From contig CBDANF010000001.1 in the NCBI GenBank assembly GCA_965197475.1, positions 1-32,385 on the forward strand: a stretch of 32,385 bases of DNA, written 5' to 3'. Each line of letters opens with the position of its first letter. The stretch's first letter is position 1. Below, piece by piece: positions 29,710-32,385 of this stretch. The DNA is from Candidatus Poribacteria bacterium (lineage in GTDB: Bacteria; Poribacteria; WGA-4E; WGA-3G). A program made the position numbers and the translations under genes. Below the pieces are notes generated by a model that was given only the letters and a program-made list of their open reading frames with translations, did not search any database and was not told the origin of the DNA.

Positions 29710-30264
29710 TTATGTGGGGTAGCGATTTTTGATTTTCCATTTGTCAATTGCCTTAGAAGCCTTTTTAACATATTTAATTTTGTACTTCTTTTTACACTCA
29801 GAAAGTTCAGTTTTAAATTTGAATGAGTCAGAAACAATTATCGTTTCATCATTATCACTATAAAAACCGAAACGAAACTTTGATTTACCAACAAGTTGCA
29901 TTAAGGCGGGAAATGGTTCTTTGGATAATGGATGAGAAAACTGCGACATCCATTCTGAACAGTCCTCCCGATCACTAAAAGAATTATATGAAGGATTGTA
30001 ACTTATAGTTTTTATAGCCAAAATTTGACTGTTACGTTTTTTCGGACAGGGATCTGGGAATAGCCAACTTTTCTCTTCACCACACAAATATAAATTTAAA
30101 GTAACAGTTTCTTTATTATGTGAAACCCAAACATAGATTACCTTGATTCCGTGTCGCGTCCATTCTGCAAGAGTGCTTTTAATCTTTTCCTTATTTTTCA
30201 AAACCGTCATTATTCCAGTTAAAATCCCAAAAAGCGCCGCCAATATAAAAATAACTTGTACCAT
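29710..30264 (-). CDS. Hypothetical protein with N-terminal membrane anchor
   Basis: Hydrophobic first 22 aa followed by a basic stretch; Lys-rich soluble part; GGAAGG RBS; AT-rich. No family recognised. Confidence 0.6.
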   Translation of the reverse strand: MVQVIFILAALFGILTGIMTVLKNKEKIKSTLAEWTRHGIKVIYVWVSHNKETVTLNLYLCGEEKSWLFPDPCPKKRNSQILAIKTISYNPSYNSFSDREDCSEWMSQFSHPLSKEPFPALMQLVGKSKFRFGFYSDNDETIIVSDSFKFKTELSECKKKYKIKYVKKASKAIDKWKIKNRYPT

Positions 30265-30458
30265 TTCTACCTTCCAAACTCCTCATTATGTTTAAAGGTT
30301 ACTTGTTTGCCTCATTTCATGTTAAATACTCACATTGTATTTTGACATAACATTCGTTAGTGCGTGGTGGACATCGAAAGTTACTTGTCACTACCGAGAA
30401 TACAGAGTAGCATCGGGGAACCCGCAGAGACAGCAAGCCTCCTACTGTTTTGGATTTG

Positions 30459-32048
30459 CTATTCCATTAGACGAAGCAATTCTTTAATCTGAGCTATAAG
30501 ACTTACATCGCCCGACTTTTCTGCAAGTTTCAACGCCGTTTGATAATCTAACTTCGCCTCCGAGGCGCGGCCCAGCATAATCTTCGCAAATCCCCGATTG
30601 TTATATGCTCTTATATGGTCGGGTTTGAGTCGTATAGTGGTGTCAAAATCGGTAATAGCATCTAAGTGTTGTCCCAAAGCATTTTTCGCAAATCCCCGAT
30701 TGTTATATGCTGAGGCAAAATTAGGTTGGAATCGGATGGCAATGTCATAATCCGCAATCGCTGCAGAATGTTGTCCTAAGTTCCCCTTCGCAACACCCCG
30801 ATTGTAGTATGCATCAACAGCATCAGGTTCAAGTCGGATGGCAATGTCATAATCTGCAATAGCAGCAAAGTGTTGTCCCAAGTTACCTTTCGACCTTCCC
30901 CGATTGACGTATGCACCTGCATTATCAGGTTTGAGGCGAATAGCAATGTCATAATCTGCAATAGCAGCAAAGTATTGTCCTAAGTTATCCTTCGCATTTC
31001 CCCGATTGATGTATGCCTCGGCATTATCGGGTTTAAGTCGGATGGCAATGTCATAATCCGAAATCGCTGCAAAGTATTGTCCTAAGTTAGCCTTCACAAT
31101 TCCTCGATTGTTGTATGCTCCAGAAAAATTGGGATTAAGTCGGATAGTTATGTCAAAATCAGAAATCGCAGCAAAGTGTTTCCCCAACCGCCCTTTCGCA
31201 TTTCCCCGATTGTAGTATGCATCGGCATCATCGGGTTTTAGTCGGATAGCCATGGTATAGTCTGCAATGGCGCCTACATAATCGCCCAAATCGTACTTCA
31301 CATTTCCCCACAAGAAGTAGGTCTTGGCAGATATAGATTGTTTTCCTTGCGATAAAGGTTTTGCTGGCTTCTTCTGCTCCAGTAGTACCTTGAGATATTT
31401 TGAAGGAATTGCAAAATTCAGATTTTGTCCACCTATAATCGTCATAAAGGACACACCAATAACCTTCCCTTTTTTGTTTAGCACAGGTCCGCCACTACTC
31501 CCGGGAGAAATCGGTGCAGTCATCTGCAGACGTTCTTTCGTGAGTTTATCTCTACGGCTACTGATAATCCCATCCGAAAACGTGCCTTTCAAACCTTTCG
31601 GATTGCCTGCAACATAAACCGTCTCACCAATCCGAACTTTATCACTATCACCGAGAGAAAGCGGTTTGATGCCTTTAACACCATAGATACCATAAGCGGG
31701 GACCTGTAGGAGTGCAAGGTCATTTGTCTTGTCAGTGGCAGTAACGCCTTCAATATTGTATGTTGTGGACTTACCAACTAACTTTGCAGTGCCTTTTGCT
31801 GCACCTTCAATCACGTGGTAGTTGGTAGCAATTAGGTTGGGTTTAACAAAGAACCCACTGCCAATCCCCAAAGTTTTGCCATTTTTATCCTTCATTTCCA
31901 AGTATACCGTCGCTGCTAACGCTTTTTCGGCAATATCTTCGGCAGGCAGGGTGGTTTGGGCAGGAGCAGTGTTTATTGTGCAAAAGAGGAGAAGAACTAC
32001 AATAACGACTCGGGGGAATGTCCACAATAATTCATCTCTATGTTTCAT
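30459..32048 (-). CDS. Exported trypsin-like serine protease with 8 TPR repeats
   Basis: Signal-like N-terminus; GSGFF, TNYHV (His), NDLALL (Asp), ISPGSSGGP (Ser); eight 34-aa repeats AYxNRG..AIxDY..AIRLxP. Confidence 0.92.
   Translation of the reverse strand: MKHRDELLWTFPRVVIVVLLLFCTINTAPAQTTLPAEDIAEKALAATVYLEMKDKNGKTLGIGSGFFVKPNLIATNYHVIEGAAKGTAKLVGKSTTYNIEGVTATDKTNDLALLQVPAYGIYGVKGIKPLSLGDSDKVRIGETVYVAGNPKGLKGTFSDGIISSRRDKLTKERLQMTAPISPGSSGGPVLNKKGKVIGVSFMTIIGGQNLNFAIPSKYLKVLLEQKKPAKPLSQGKQSISAKTYFLWGNVKYDLGDYVGAIADYTMAIRLKPDDADAYYNRGNAKGRLGKHFAAISDFDITIRLNPNFSGAYNNRGIVKANLGQYFAAISDYDIAIRLKPDNAEAYINRGNAKDNLGQYFAAIADYDIAIRLKPDNAGAYVNRGRSKGNLGQHFAAIADYDIAIRLEPDAVDAYYNRGVAKGNLGQHSAAIADYDIAIRFQPNFASAYNNRGFAKNALGQHLDAITDFDTTIRLKPDHIRAYNNRGFAKIMLGRASEAKLDYQTALKLAEKSGDVSLIAQIKELLRLME
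30513..31328 (-). repeat. 102-bp-period TPR coding array
   Basis: Eight 34-codon units; recurring GCAATGTCATAATC and CCCCGATTG on the plus strand. Confidence 0.85.
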
Positions 32049-32301
32049 AAGATCTTCCTTAAGATAGTCTATAGAATGTCAATGCTGGAGAAAGTTGTGC
32101 ATCAACCCAAAACTTCATTTGGTTTAGATGTTATACTTGCCCTGATTTTTGCCTTGTCTCAGTCTGTGAGGTAGATGCTCATCAAGCAACACGCGCATCA
32201 GCAAACTCCAGAGTCATCTGCAAATAAGCCACTGCCTGCTCACGTGAGACTGTCGGGAAATCGTCAAGGAATATATATCAAGCGAGTCGCCTGCAATAAG
32301 G

Positions 32302-32385
32302 TAAGGTTGCCAGCAATTCGTAAGCATGGCTCCGCTGCGTCCATTTTCCAAATCATAGAGGTAAGAAATGATTCACAATGACAAA
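32302..32385 (+). repeat. Direct repeat of 26357-26441 (last atpC codons, spacer and start of the 82-aa gene); runs off the window
   Basis: TAAGGTTGC..CAATTCGTAAGCATGGCTCCGCT..CGTCCATTTTCCAAATCA..ATGATTCACAATGACAAA, with 5 substitutions and a 1-nt indel. ATG 32368 begins MIHNDK. Confidence 0.9.

Noticed and set aside
30459-32048. Protease-TPR gene as the sensor/activator of the adjacent defence cluster
   Set aside because: It has an export signal, is 194 bp from the next gene, and the architecture is common. No evidence of coupling to cytoplasmic partners.
32175-32381. 68-aa ORF at the window end
   Set aside because: No recognisable family, and its 3' part is the direct repeat. Could be a gene remnant, so it is not called.

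Overview
Bacterial chromosomal window with no rRNA, tRNA, CRISPR array, integrase or transposase that I can recognise. The gene mix (FGE-sulfatase domain, trypsin-TPR, GH95, abundant GTAG hairpins) is reminiscent of Candidatus Poribacteria, but that is an impression only. Left part: 5'-truncated FGE/SUMF1-domain gene, GH95 glycosidase, a Hen1-Pnkp RNA repair pair, a divergent TrpD2/YbiB-like gene, a type II RM pair (SPPY methyltransferase plus MvaI/BcnI-family endonuclease), a TIM-barrel isomerase and two tandem secreted GH-like paralogues. Centre: a complete F1Fo ATP synthase operon with several oddities. These are a fused AtpI/gene-1 duplicate, signal peptides on subunits a and b, a c subunit with an acidic tail and no glycine zipper, a foreign insert between atpG and atpD, and a duplicated atpC 3' end. 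The insert holds a RarA/MgsA C-terminal-like gene and a coupled ORF that appears only after a 122-bp MITE is excised in silico. Right part: a roughly 6-kb block bracketed by direct repeats, carrying an ABC-type ATPase, a PD-(D/E)XK-like protein, a HEPN-like protein, a membrane protein and a protease-TPR gene (candidate defence cluster). Many intergenic regions hold small TIR-bounded elements that carry REP-like hairpins.
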